From: a virus
Strand: one strand, 5' to 3'
Length of the DNA: 60,936 bases
IMG/VR virus record: IMGVR_UViG_3300015241_000003
The notes beneath the pieces are model-generated. The model did no database searches. It was not told the origin of the DNA and worked only from the letters and a program-made list of their open reading frames with translations. Positions within the stretch are counted from its first letter, which is position 1, and each line of letters starts with the position of its first letter. This document shows positions 35,225-42,984 of this stretch, in pieces. Both the position numbers and the translations under genes were made by a program.

Positions 35225-36007
35225 ATGCACGGTCTGATTTTTGCGACCTGGGAGAAGTTCTTGTCAGAAAGGTACGGCACACCGATACTAGAGGAGTATA
35301 GAGCGTCTATAGCAGATACAGATGCAAAGTGGGCATTGACATCTCGCATGTATGACGACTCGATACTGATTAGGGGAGTAGAGACTACCAGTAGGAAGAC
35401 TGGTATCTTTGCCACGACGCTGCTCCGAGAGTACGGGCGTTACTTTCTGAACAACAATCTGACCAACCACCTATGCGCCTATTTGCTCAGCAGAGCGACA
35501 TCTGCCAAGGATTTGCTCATGCAGATACGCGGTCCACTCTTCACCTTCACGGCGTACTCAGACGGCTCTCAGCGACTCCTGTTGCAGTATGATAGCAATC
35601 GCTTCCTGTGCTCTCTGATGGTTGGATGCATTGAAGGTGCTGCTGATCGCTTCAAAGAGAGCGTGAGGGTCCAGGAGCTGTCCTGTATGCGGTTCGGTGC
35701 TCCGCTGTGTTTGATGGATGTGAGGTTTGAGAGGAATACGGAATCGCTTGAGGACTTGAGTGTGCTGAACAGGCAAAGCGAGTTGAGATGGATAGCTGAT
35801 GAGGTGCTGAAGCTGCTACCACCGGCTGGTGGTTACACGTTGCCTCAGATAGAAATGCTGCTGAGGGCGCATCCAGGGATACCGGTAGAGCAGGTGCGCA
35901 GGAGTGCGACCTACAATGCGGTGACACACTTGCAGCATGCGGGGCTTGTGGCGAGTAGTGCTGACATTGGGGACCTGCTACAGACGAGAAGGTATAGGCG
36001 GGTGTGA
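35225..36007 (+). CDS. H-NOX (HNOB)-like sensor domain fused to C-terminal winged-helix domain
   Basis: AGGAGG RBS. The N-terminus MHGLIFATWEKFLSERYG and a Y-x-S-x-R motif (YDSNR, 35588-35602) followed by LMVGCIEGAADRF fit H-NOX. The C-terminal YTLPQIEMLLRAH..ATYNAVTHLQHAGLV is wHTH-like. Confidence 0.65.
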   Translation: MHGLIFATWEKFLSERYGTPILEEYRASIADTDAKWALTSRMYDDSILIRGVETTSRKTGIFATTLLREYGRYFLNNNLTNHLCAYLLSRATSAKDLLMQIRGPLFTFTAYSDGSQRLLLQYDSNRFLCSLMVGCIEGAADRFKESVRVQELSCMRFGAPLCLMDVRFERNTESLEDLSVLNRQSELRWIADEVLKLLPPAGGYTLPQIEMLLRAHPGIPVEQVRRSATYNAVTHLQHAGLVASSADIGDLLQTRRYRRV

Positions 36008-36096
36008 GTAAGGGAGCTACTTTGCTCCCTATTTTTATGTCCAGAATGAATATCTATCAGTTTTGAAAATTGGTCATAAATCAATGCAAAAAGCCC

Positions 36097-36157
36097 TTGA
36101 CAACATAAAGGTTGTCATGCTATACTTCTAATAGTGAAGACAACATAAAGGTTGTCA
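36097..36157 (+). promoter_or_regulatory. promoter TTGACA-18-TATACT (extended -10) with two copies of a 20-bp palindromic operator
   Basis: TGACAACATAAAGGTTGTCA at 36098-36117 overlaps the -35. AGACAACATAAAGGTTGTCA at 36138-36157 lies downstream of the -10 (36121-36126). Confidence 0.7.
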
Positions 36158-36178
36158 ATAAAGATTAAGGAGCAAGCG

Positions 36179-36625
36179 ATGAAGACTCTTGATTTCGGAA
36201 AGCATGAAGGCGAAAAACTAGCGGAGTGTCCAGTATCTTATATCAAGTGGCTGGCTACTCACAAGGCAGTTTTAGCTGAAAGAAATCGTTGGGCTTCTAG
36301 ACTTGCCAAGAAGCTTCTACAGGAGAAAGAGATGAGCTATCAAGTTGGACAGGCTGTAAAAATCGTCGACGCAATTGGTGGTACGGTTTGCGCCACAGTA
36401 GTTAGTGTTAACGATGAGAAGATCTCAGCAACACTGCTACACACAGGTGGCACCTACGAGTATGACAATGAGAGCTTGGCACCTGCTACAGAACAAGACC
36501 TTGCAGATGCAAAGAGGTGGCACGAGCGGAATGTGTCAATCTTCGGTGGTGTTCGTCCTCTGAGTCACATGGATGTTCCTGCTGACTTCGGAATGTTTGA
36601 TGAAGACGGCGTACGCATAGCATAG
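36179..36625 (+). CDS. DUF3820-like protein
   Basis: ATG 36179 with an AAGGAG RBS. The N-terminal LDFGKHEGEKLAECPVSYIKWL matches the FGK.kG..l.e.P..Y..W motif. Confidence 0.55.
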   Translation: MKTLDFGKHEGEKLAECPVSYIKWLATHKAVLAERNRWASRLAKKLLQEKEMSYQVGQAVKIVDAIGGTVCATVVSVNDEKISATLLHTGGTYEYDNESLAPATEQDLADAKRWHERNVSIFGGVRPLSHMDVPADFGMFDEDGVRIA

Positions 36626-36632
36626 GAGTGAT

Positions 36633-36896
36633 GTGAAAGACATGGCAAACAGAAAAGTAGAAGGTCCGTACCAAGTCAAGAATATTGGTGCTAATGGAGA
36701 TGTGTACAAGGTAGTCTATATGTTAGATGAGCAGAAGAACACCTATCAAGAGTTAAATCCTGATAGGACTTATCTAAAGAGGCAGTCAGCTTTTAGACGT
36801 GCTCTTAATCTAAACAAAAAGTGGAATGAAGAGCGCGTGTTTGATGATGTTTATAGTGATCTAGAGATGCAAGAAGAGTTAGAATATCCTGGATAA
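36633..36896 (+). CDS. hypothetical protein
   Basis: 87-aa ORF starting at GTG 36633 or ATG 36642. Confidence 0.5.
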   Translation: MKDMANRKVEGPYQVKNIGANGDVYKVVYMLDEQKNTYQELNPDRTYLKRQSAFRRALNLNKKWNEERVFDDVYSDLEMQEELEYPG

Positions 36897-36911
36897 AGAA
36901 AGGGAAACACG

Positions 36912-37226
36912 ATGAGCAATTATGACGATTTATTCAAGCAGGCATTGCGCAAGTGCGATGATGCCTCAGTCGCAACAGAGATCAAGAGTATGTGGAATGA
37001 TTGTGATCCACGCGATTCCAATCGAGATCTGCCAACAGACAGGCCTGCTGATCGCAGGTACAAGCAGTATATCAGAGATGTGCAATCTCTCTCATCAGCA
37101 GATGAGATTATCGCCTATGCTGAAAAACGGATCGCACAGTTTCAGAAGTGGTATGAGACTACTTTTGTGGATGAGATCGCCGCCTATGACAAGAGGCAAG
37201 CAGAGCGTTTAGCTAATCCAGAGTAG
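36912..37226 (+). CDS. hypothetical protein
   Basis: 104-aa ORF with an AAAGGGAAA RBS. Confidence 0.5.
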   Translation: MSNYDDLFKQALRKCDDASVATEIKSMWNDCDPRDSNRDLPTDRPADRRYKQYIRDVQSLSSADEIIAYAEKRIAQFQKWYETTFVDEIAAYDKRQAERLANPE

Positions 37227-37231
37227 CACGA

Positions 37232-37264
37232 GGCTCCCGGGTAACATCTGGGAGCCTTTTCTTT
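37232..37264 (+). terminator. intrinsic terminator between convergent genes
   Basis: GGCTCCC-GGGTAACATCT-GGGAGCC followed by TTTTCTTT. Confidence 0.7.
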
Positions 37265-37268
37265 GTCC

Positions 37269-38027
37269 TTATCCAATCGTTCTAATTGTCCAGAAATCGC
37301 TCGCCAGCCCTTTATTCATGAGATACTCGTAAGGTATTTCAAAGTAGCCAGTGCCATTGATACCCCATCCTGTACCCCAACTATTGCGACAAATGAACCT
37401 CTGTACGTCATCCTTATAGCCACAACATAAAACCGCGTGGCCACCCAAAACCTGCTCGTCTGGCCCGGGCATAGGCACAATTCCCCTACCAGCCACGTCC
37501 TGACTTTCAAAGCTGCTATAGACAGTAAACCCATAGACAAAGGGATAACCGCTCGCCAGACACGCTTTCATCTGTGTAAGGTTGCGAGTCACTCGCTGGT
37601 AGCTCACAGCCTTGTCTAGCTGGGCTTGCTGGTAGCAAAGGGCAGACGGCCTGGTCGTGAATTGCGAGATGTCGTAGGGCCATTCTGGTTCGCTACAGGC
37701 CCCTTGCTTATTCACGCTCTTGATGCCATCACGGATCATCGCCCCGGAGTCGCTGCTAACTGTATGCTCCATGACGCGCTCATTGAAGTAGATAAATAAC
37801 CTGGAAGGTGTGAAGTCTGGCAGCCCCTGTTTCACCCGATCAAACTCAATAGCCCCTGCAATGGCATTGGCTGTGCAGCTCCCCAGATTGCCTTGGTCAT
37901 ACACAGGCGGACACCCGGGCCTCAGATCTGCACTCGGCGGTAAAGCTGCGATGTGCTCAAGTGGTGCTGAGTACATATGGTCGCGTGTATCCGGTAAGTC
38001 GGGTATCCATCCTAATTTATGAGTCAT
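37269..38027 (-). CDS. papain-like cysteine peptidase (family C1)
   Basis: Catalytic signatures YDQGNLGSCTANA (Gln/Cys), GGHAVLCCGY (His) and CRNSWGTGWGINGTGYF (Asn-Ser-Trp). No signal peptide or long propeptide is apparent. Confidence 0.9.
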   Translation of the reverse strand: MTHKLGWIPDLPDTRDHMYSAPLEHIAALPPSADLRPGCPPVYDQGNLGSCTANAIAGAIEFDRVKQGLPDFTPSRLFIYFNERVMEHTVSSDSGAMIRDGIKSVNKQGACSEPEWPYDISQFTTRPSALCYQQAQLDKAVSYQRVTRNLTQMKACLASGYPFVYGFTVYSSFESQDVAGRGIVPMPGPDEQVLGGHAVLCCGYKDDVQRFICRNSWGTGWGINGTGYFEIPYEYLMNKGLASDFWTIRTIG

Positions 38028-38257
38028 CCCTGTACCTCATTTCTGGCAATAGCTGAATTAGCGTGCATAATAGCCTCTTCTAGCTTCGTGAGGGCTAGCG
38101 ACTGCTCACGTGAGACAGGTGTCTCATTCACGATCTGTACAGCGAGCAGTCTACCAGCCTCACGTAAAGCGGCATAGCGGGCTACTTGATCACCGTGGGG
38201 ACTGTGATAGGTAAAGTCATTATTTACTCGTTTGATGAGGTCTTCTTTTGTAAGCAT
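38024..38257 (-). CDS. hypothetical protein
   Basis: Start placed at ATG 38257 (AAAGGA RBS). The 77-aa helical product has an ATGA overlap with the peptidase gene. Confidence 0.5.
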   Translation of the reverse strand: MLTKEDLIKRVNNDFTYHSPHGDQVARYAALREAGRLLAVQIVNETPVSREQSLALTKLEEAIMHANSAIARNEVQG

Positions 38258-38268
38258 GTTCAATCCTT

Positions 38269-38499
38269 TCAATGAGTAGATACTGGGTACTCTGTAGTTC
38301 CATCGGTAGGAGATTTCTCTTTTTCTAGCATTTCTATAATAGAGAGAAAATCTCTAAGAAATCCAGGATCTAGCCGTTCTACTAGTCCTTTGATGATTTT
38401 AAGCGTCTCATCAGTACTTGACGAGACAATGATTTCAAGCAGCTTTTGAGATATATCTGCTTGAATTTGCTTAATTTCTATCCCTGGGTATGCAGTCAT
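38269..38499 (-). CDS. hypothetical protein
   Basis: 76-aa ORF with a GGAGGGAG RBS. Confidence 0.5.
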   Translation of the reverse strand: MTAYPGIEIKQIQADISQKLLEIIVSSSTDETLKIIKGLVERLDPGFLRDFLSIIEMLEKEKSPTDGTTEYPVSTH

Positions 38500-38565
38500 G
38501 CTCCCTCCATGAATTTTCTGTCATCATACCATAGCTCAGTATGAATAGATTGTCATGTGACAGGC

Positions 38566-38597
38566 AACAAAAAAAGACCTGCCATTTCTAGCAGGTC
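38566..38597 (-). terminator. intrinsic terminator
   Basis: The minus strand reads GACCTGC-TAGAAATG-GCAGGTC followed by TTTTTTTGTTG. Confidence 0.8.
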
Positions 38598-38740
38598 AAT
38601 CGGGCTGGCTTTTGAGCCCTGACATGTTACAGTGCTGCTACACTTCGTACTTCCTCCAGAGTAGCTTCGATAGGTTCTATCTGGATATTTCACCTCTCAT
38701 TTTGCCAAGCCAAGCGCAAGAGGTTTAGCTACCATCAACT
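38566..38740 (-). ncRNA. candidate non-coding RNA (about 175 nt)
   Basis: It is bounded by a consensus promoter (38747-38774) and the terminator at 38566-38597. The longest internal ORFs are 7-12 codons. Confidence 0.5.
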
Positions 38741-38746
38741 GATATT

Positions 38747-38774
38747 ATTATACCACATTATGTGGTATTGTCAA
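38747..38774 (-). promoter_or_regulatory. consensus sigma70-type promoter TTGACA-16-TATAAT with a palindrome in the spacer
   Basis: -35 at 38769-38774 and -10 at 38747-38752. The spacer contains CCACATAATGTGG. Confidence 0.7.
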
Positions 38775-38804
38775 TAAAAAAGAGCCAGACTGCTAATCTG
38801 GCTC
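38775..38804 (-). terminator. intrinsic terminator
   Basis: The minus strand reads GAGCCAGA-TTAGCAG-TCTGGCTC followed by TTTTTTAT. Confidence 0.75.
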
Positions 38805-38889
38805 GAGTGCCCTTCTTAGGGGCTCCGCATGGTAGCACCTCACTTTCTACCTTAGGAGATACAGCATTTTACCATGGTCAATGGCTTAA

Positions 38890-39192
38890 TTAGGTTAGCT
38901 TGCGGTACACCTGACTTCTTATCCACTCGCCACATGGCTGTCCAGGGTGTACATGTTCACAGGAAGCCCCATAATCGATATCACCTTCTACGACAATAGG
39001 CTTTTCATCCTTGACGAGATCCAGGTTGATCCTATGGACTTCTTCCACTATTCCCTTTGAGGTTATCCAGTGATCAAAATTTTCGTGGCCTTCCTCAATC
39101 ACCGGATACCACAGTCCCTCTATCTGCACCTCTACAACGGTCTTACCATCCTCTTTGGTGAGATGGATTCCTTCAATTTCTATTGGTTCCAT
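38890..39192 (-). CDS. hypothetical protein
   Basis: 100-aa ORF with an AAAGGGA RBS. Confidence 0.5.
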   Translation of the reverse strand: MEPIEIEGIHLTKEDGKTVVEVQIEGLWYPVIEEGHENFDHWITSKGIVEEVHRINLDLVKDEKPIVVEGDIDYGASCEHVHPGQPCGEWIRSQVYRKLT

Positions 39193-39234
39193 ACATCCCT
39201 TTCTAGAGGCTCCCGCGAGAGAGCCCCGTTGCTG

Positions 39235-39954
39235 CTATGAAGCTTTCTTCTTTTGCTGCTCTATCGTTGCAAAGAGCTTTACTTTGTGCTCTGCATCCAA
39301 CTCAGGAACAACAGCCTGTAGAGCATAAACCTTGAACTTAGGCCAACGGCTATCTACCTCTTTCTCAGGAATGTTGTAGGTCCTAGCCCAGGATGCCTTT
39401 AGATCGTCCTCACTGATGGCGTCTGCATCCACTTGTGGAACCTTGCCATCTCCATAGAGCCCATTAGCGAACTGACTCCCTTTCGTCCGTAGGCACCGTT
39501 TTAGAGCGTCGGTAGCAGCTCCTTTCCTGGCTACTTCGTGGGCGTCTACGATCGTTCGCTGAGCGTTGACTTTTTCCCATTCCTGGATAGGTCCGTCTTT
39601 ATCATCCTTTTTGCGACGGGACATCACCACATCATGCACATTCCAGGTTGCTACGGGTTGCTGACCAACGTCACTCACTGGCATGCAGCCCTTGATCTGA
39701 AGCTCTACCTCTGCCTCGTAAGTGACTCCGATCGCCTCACCGTTGCATGGATCAAGTATCACATGCTGCGTGATAGAAAGAGTCTTGTAGCCCCAATTGC
39801 CATAGCCAAAGATCCGGTTAGCTTGGTCTATCGCATTGTGCCCTTCAATGTGCTTGAGGGTACTGTTACCGCCGCCTTTGCGCTCAGAAATGAGCAGAGG
39901 ATTAAGATCTTTGTCTAGTTCTGCAATTTGCTTTTCATCAAATGGAGTCTCCAT
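39235..39954 (-). CDS. Rad52/Sak-like single-strand annealing protein
   Basis: GNSTLKHIEGHNAIDQANRIFGYGNWGY and later KGAATDALKRCLR are Rad52-family hallmarks. ATG 39954 is preferred over GTG 39966. Confidence 0.7.
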   Translation of the reverse strand: METPFDEKQIAELDKDLNPLLISERKGGGNSTLKHIEGHNAIDQANRIFGYGNWGYKTLSITQHVILDPCNGEAIGVTYEAEVELQIKGCMPVSDVGQQPVATWNVHDVVMSRRKKDDKDGPIQEWEKVNAQRTIVDAHEVARKGAATDALKRCLRTKGSQFANGLYGDGKVPQVDADAISEDDLKASWARTYNIPEKEVDSRWPKFKVYALQAVVPELDAEHKVKLFATIEQQKKKAS

Positions 39955-40070
39955 GATCTCTCTCACTTTCTTTATTATTGTATAATTCCAGTTGAGGGAC
40001 TGACCTTCAATCAGTCCCTATTCCATCCCTGGGAAGGCTTGTTCTTGCCGTCTAAGCCTTCCCGCCCACG

Positions 40071-40493
40071 CTAGAACTCCTTCTTCCTTGGGTCAAGACT
40101 CCCTTTCTGGTACTCAGTCCAAGCCTGTTGACCTTCCGTTCCTAAGCCATCAGGGTCAATCGCCTGGTCTAGGACTTGCATGTCTTGCTCCTGCTGGTAG
40201 TGGTAAAGACGCTCAGATTGCAACTGAGCTATCTTCTCTTTCCATTCTTGCGTGAGGGTATCGTACCTATCCTCACCTGCCGTATCGAGATAGAATCCCA
40301 TGTCAGCAGCTTCATTCGGGCCAATATTCTCATGCTTAACATACAAGAAATCATAATCTTCGTATAATTGCCCAATAACACAATTACACTGACTGCCTAA
40401 GTTGAGATGATCAAGATCGATATCCTCAAACCATTGCTCTCCAATCACTTTATCTAGGAAATCGACACCTTTTACTATCTGTGCTTCAAACAT
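40071..40493 (-). CDS. hypothetical protein
   Basis: 140-aa ORF with a strong GGGAAGGGAG RBS. Confidence 0.5.
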   Translation of the reverse strand: MFEAQIVKGVDFLDKVIGEQWFEDIDLDHLNLGSQCNCVIGQLYEDYDFLYVKHENIGPNEAADMGFYLDTAGEDRYDTLTQEWKEKIAQLQSERLYHYQQEQDMQVLDQAIDPDGLGTEGQQAWTEYQKGSLDPRKKEF

Positions 40494-40518
40494 TGAAATT
40501 GCTCCCTTCCCTTTCGGG

Positions 40519-40710
40519 CTACCTATACGCTCTCTTTAAAGTCTCTCTACGCTTCTCAGCGTCTTGCATGACCTCTTCATCTGAGATATCTTCACCAAAG
40601 CATTGACGGTAAAGATCAAAGTACATCTCAGTCCATTCAGACTTGGGGATCTTATGAGCCCTCGGCCTGACCTCTTGATCAACACTTGCCGCTCGATTAG
40701 TTCCACTCAT
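40519..40710 (-). CDS. hypothetical protein
   Basis: 63-aa ORF with an AAAGGAA RBS. Confidence 0.5.
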   Translation of the reverse strand: MSGTNRAASVDQEVRPRAHKIPKSEWTEMYFDLYRQCFGEDISDEEVMQDAEKRRETLKRAYR

Positions 40711-40811
40711 TGATAATTCCTTTCAACTACTGAGAGGCCCTTACCTCTCACTCAACTATATAGATTATGCCACACAGAGCCATAGAAGTCAATAGGTTTT
40801 GCCATCCAATA

Positions 40812-40840
40812 TTGACATTTTAGAAATATTCGTCTACACT
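40812..40840 (+). promoter_or_regulatory. sigma70-type promoter TTGACA-17-TACACT
   Basis: -35 at 40812-40817 and -10 at 40835-40840, in a divergent intergenic region. Confidence 0.6.
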
Positions 40841-40872
40841 TGAATACAATAAGCCACTGAAAGGAGGTAGGT

Positions 40873-41133
40873 ATGCTAGAAGAAAAGGAAGTCTACAGTA
40901 TCCAGGACCTTTTCGACAACTTAGACATATCGATGAGAAGGCTTGCAGAAGAGAATAAGATGAGTGAGGTCACTTTAGCGCGTATTCGAGATGGTAAGCC
41001 GACATACAGGACAACGGCGAATAAGCTGCTGAAGATCTTTTCAGAGGTATACGAACGGCCTTTTTATCTGAATAAGGTAACAGGCATTAACGTTGCCATA
41101 AGTGGCAAGAAGAAAGAGAGAATGAAAGTATGA
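40873..41133 (+). CDS. HTH DNA-binding protein (Cro/XRE-like)
   Basis: AAGGAGG RBS. ISMRRLAEENKMSEVTLARIRDGK is HTH-like. Confidence 0.55.
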   Translation: MLEEKEVYSIQDLFDNLDISMRRLAEENKMSEVTLARIRDGKPTYRTTANKLLKIFSEVYERPFYLNKVTGINVAISGKKKERMKV

Positions 41134-41363
41134 AGCAGAGCAAAGAACAACTTGAGTCGCTTCTAGGACCTTCAGCACCTAGCGACCACCAGCCAGGGGA
41201 CAGTATCCAGTACACCAGTGGTGACGAGCTACGTGAGGGCAAAGTGATCTACACGCGAGCTGCTGGTCCTGTGGCGAGTGGGCGAATGTTGCGAGCTGGT
41301 CACTTTGTCGAATCGGGACGGGGCTGGCCGCGATATGTGCCACTTGGGAAGGTGGTAGAGTGA
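41130..41363 (+). CDS. hypothetical protein
   Basis: 77-aa ORF with an ATGA overlap. Confidence 0.45.
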   Translation: MKQSKEQLESLLGPSAPSDHQPGDSIQYTSGDELREGKVIYTRAAGPVASGRMLRAGHFVESGRGWPRYVPLGKVVE

Positions 41364-41545
41364 GTGAATACATACCAGACCTTGACGCCGTGCTGTTCGA
41401 CTACCTAGCCGATGAGCCACCACCAAGCTATGATAAGCTTTGTGAGTGGTGTAAGCGATATCCGCAGTATGCTAAGGAGTTGGCAGATTTGGAGGTTGGC
41501 AGGGCCATGATAGAGACATTAGGTCCTAAGCAGGTGGTAGAGTAG
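41360..41545 (+). CDS. hypothetical protein
   Basis: 61-aa ORF with an overlapping start. Confidence 0.45.
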   Translation: MSEYIPDLDAVLFDYLADEPPPSYDKLCEWCKRYPQYAKELADLEVGRAMIETLGPKQVVE

Positions 41546-41555
41546 ACACAAGATA

Positions 41556-41581
41556 GGGTAGCTTAGCGGCTACCCTTTTTG
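41556..41581 (+). terminator. intrinsic terminator between convergent genes
   Basis: GGGTAGC-TTAGCG-GCTACCC followed by TTTTTG. Confidence 0.75.
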
Positions 41582-41585
41582 ATTG

Positions 41586-41981
41586 CTAGTAGGTGAGTAT
41601 GTCGTCTATAGGCTCAGTCTGCTCAGGTTTTGGTAGCTCTATATTTTGTGAAGCTACCCACTTGGCATGATCACATGTTAGTCTCTGGCATGTCAAGCAC
41701 TTCCATTTATCGTCCCCTTGTTGAAACACACTCGAGCGATAACCTAGCTGGTCTTCAATGTCAACCGTATACAAGGTTTTGGCTATGACTTTGTATTCCC
41801 TCTTGAGTACCTGTGTGATCCTGGCATAGTTCCATCCGATCTTTTCCAGTTCAAACTTTTGTCCGTCTTTGCAGGTAGCCATGATGGTTGACTCACCATA
41901 AGCTTTGAGAGCCTCTTCTGGCGTGCCTATAGGGAAATGTACAAAGCATCTGCTGTTGCAAAAGTTACAATATGGTCCCAT
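41586..41981 (-). CDS. hypothetical Cys-rich (zinc-binding?) protein
   Basis: 131 aa with CNFCNSRC and CLTCQRLTCDH motifs. Confidence 0.5.
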   Translation of the reverse strand: MGPYCNFCNSRCFVHFPIGTPEEALKAYGESTIMATCKDGQKFELEKIGWNYARITQVLKREYKVIAKTLYTVDIEDQLGYRSSVFQQGDDKWKCLTCQRLTCDHAKWVASQNIELPKPEQTEPIDDILTY

Positions 41982-42026
41982 CTTAATTTTCCTTTCCTAG
42001 GGGAGCCTCTCGACTCCCCATCCTTT

Positions 42027-42500
42027 CTAGTACTCTCTCGGGCTCTTGTCCATCCCCTTTGATGGCCTCGCATTCAACATCCAAGCGGGAATGCTATCCT
42101 CAATTCTCCTGACCACTGGCATCTCTTGTGGATGCTGCAAGGTTCCCTCTGCTTTTGCAGTCTGCTCAGCTTCGATCATTTCCTGCATCGCCGCTTCCTC
42201 TTCCAGGAAGCAAGCGACGGCTGCTCTCAAATGCCAGCACACCCCGCTTGAATGCCTGACGTTGCTGAAGCCTGTTTGCCCACTCTTGCACGTACAGGTG
42301 AAACCGTGTTCGTGGCTGTACTGTGCTTTGTACTCAATGACGTCTCCATTGTCGTCAGTATCGCCCTTGCTGTTCTCAATGAGGTAGAAGTCCTCGCCCG
42401 AATTGAAAGCAATAATTTTATGAGCTTTGCCGATCTGCTCAGAGGTCACATCCTCTAGGTTGCTTTTGATCTGTTCTAGTGTTACCATTTGTGTATCCAC
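42027..42500 (-). CDS. SWIM zinc-finger protein
   Basis: FTCTCKSGQTGFSNVRHSSGVCWHLRAAV fits the C-x-C-x(n)-C-x-H pattern. Confidence 0.6.
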   Translation of the reverse strand: MDTQMVTLEQIKSNLEDVTSEQIGKAHKIIAFNSGEDFYLIENSKGDTDDNGDVIEYKAQYSHEHGFTCTCKSGQTGFSNVRHSSGVCWHLRAAVACFLEEEAAMQEMIEAEQTAKAEGTLQHPQEMPVVRRIEDSIPAWMLNARPSKGMDKSPREY

Positions 42501-42651
42501 ATTTTCTAGCCCTTCTGGGCTTTAGCTCTGTAAGTCTTGACCACTTACGGAGCAATTTTTTTGTACCTCGTTGGTACATTCATAGAATACCACACTTAGC
42601 GAACAGTGTCAATAGCTTTTCAAGGCAATTTGCATATATCTTTGAAATTGG

Positions 42652-42680
42652 TTGACTTTTGCCTCTTATCATGGTATCCT
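42652..42680 (+). promoter_or_regulatory. sigma70-type promoter TTGACT-17-TATCCT (extended -10 TG)
   Basis: -35 at 42652-42657 and -10 at 42675-42680. TAGCGAACAGT repeats flank it at about 42596 and 42687. Confidence 0.55.
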
Positions 42681-42720
42681 TCTTCTAGCGAACAGTAAAA
42701 CATAGATAGGAGGACTACCG

Positions 42721-42984
42721 ATGAACACAAAGAAGATAGAAAATCCGGCTGCTAGTCCAATCGGGTGGATTAACAGCAAACAAGCTGCTAAGATACTCAG
42801 CGATAAGCACGGCAGGAAGATATCAGACGCTTATGTCAGACGGCTCAGCAATATGGGTAAGATCACCAAGTATGAGCCAGACGGGCGTACCAAGCTTTAC
42901 TGGCAAGCTGATGTAGAGACGTGTGATATCAGGAAGCAAGGGGATGGCTCGGTGCGTCGGGCTGTACGTGGGAAGAAAGTATGA
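42721..42984 (+). CDS. HTH DNA-binding protein, paralogue of 24674-24898
   Basis: AGGAGG RBS. SKQAAKILSDKHGRKISDAYVRRL..DGRTKLYWQADVE aligns with the 24674 product. Confidence 0.6.
   Translation: MNTKKIENPAASPIGWINSKQAAKILSDKHGRKISDAYVRRLSNMGKITKYEPDGRTKLYWQADVETCDIRKQGDGSVRRAVRGKKV

Noticed and set aside
35225-35720. An alternative assignment of the H-NOX-like domain as a V4R (4-vinyl-reductase-type) small-molecule-binding domain. The reason is the C..G..G...C..G..C pattern near its end (FLCSLMVGCIEGAADRF..SCMRFGAPLC).
   Set aside because: The N-terminal MxG(L/I)(I/V)...W.K.L...YG start and the Y-x-S-x-R motif are more specific to H-NOX. The question stays open, because only an HMM or structure comparison can decide.
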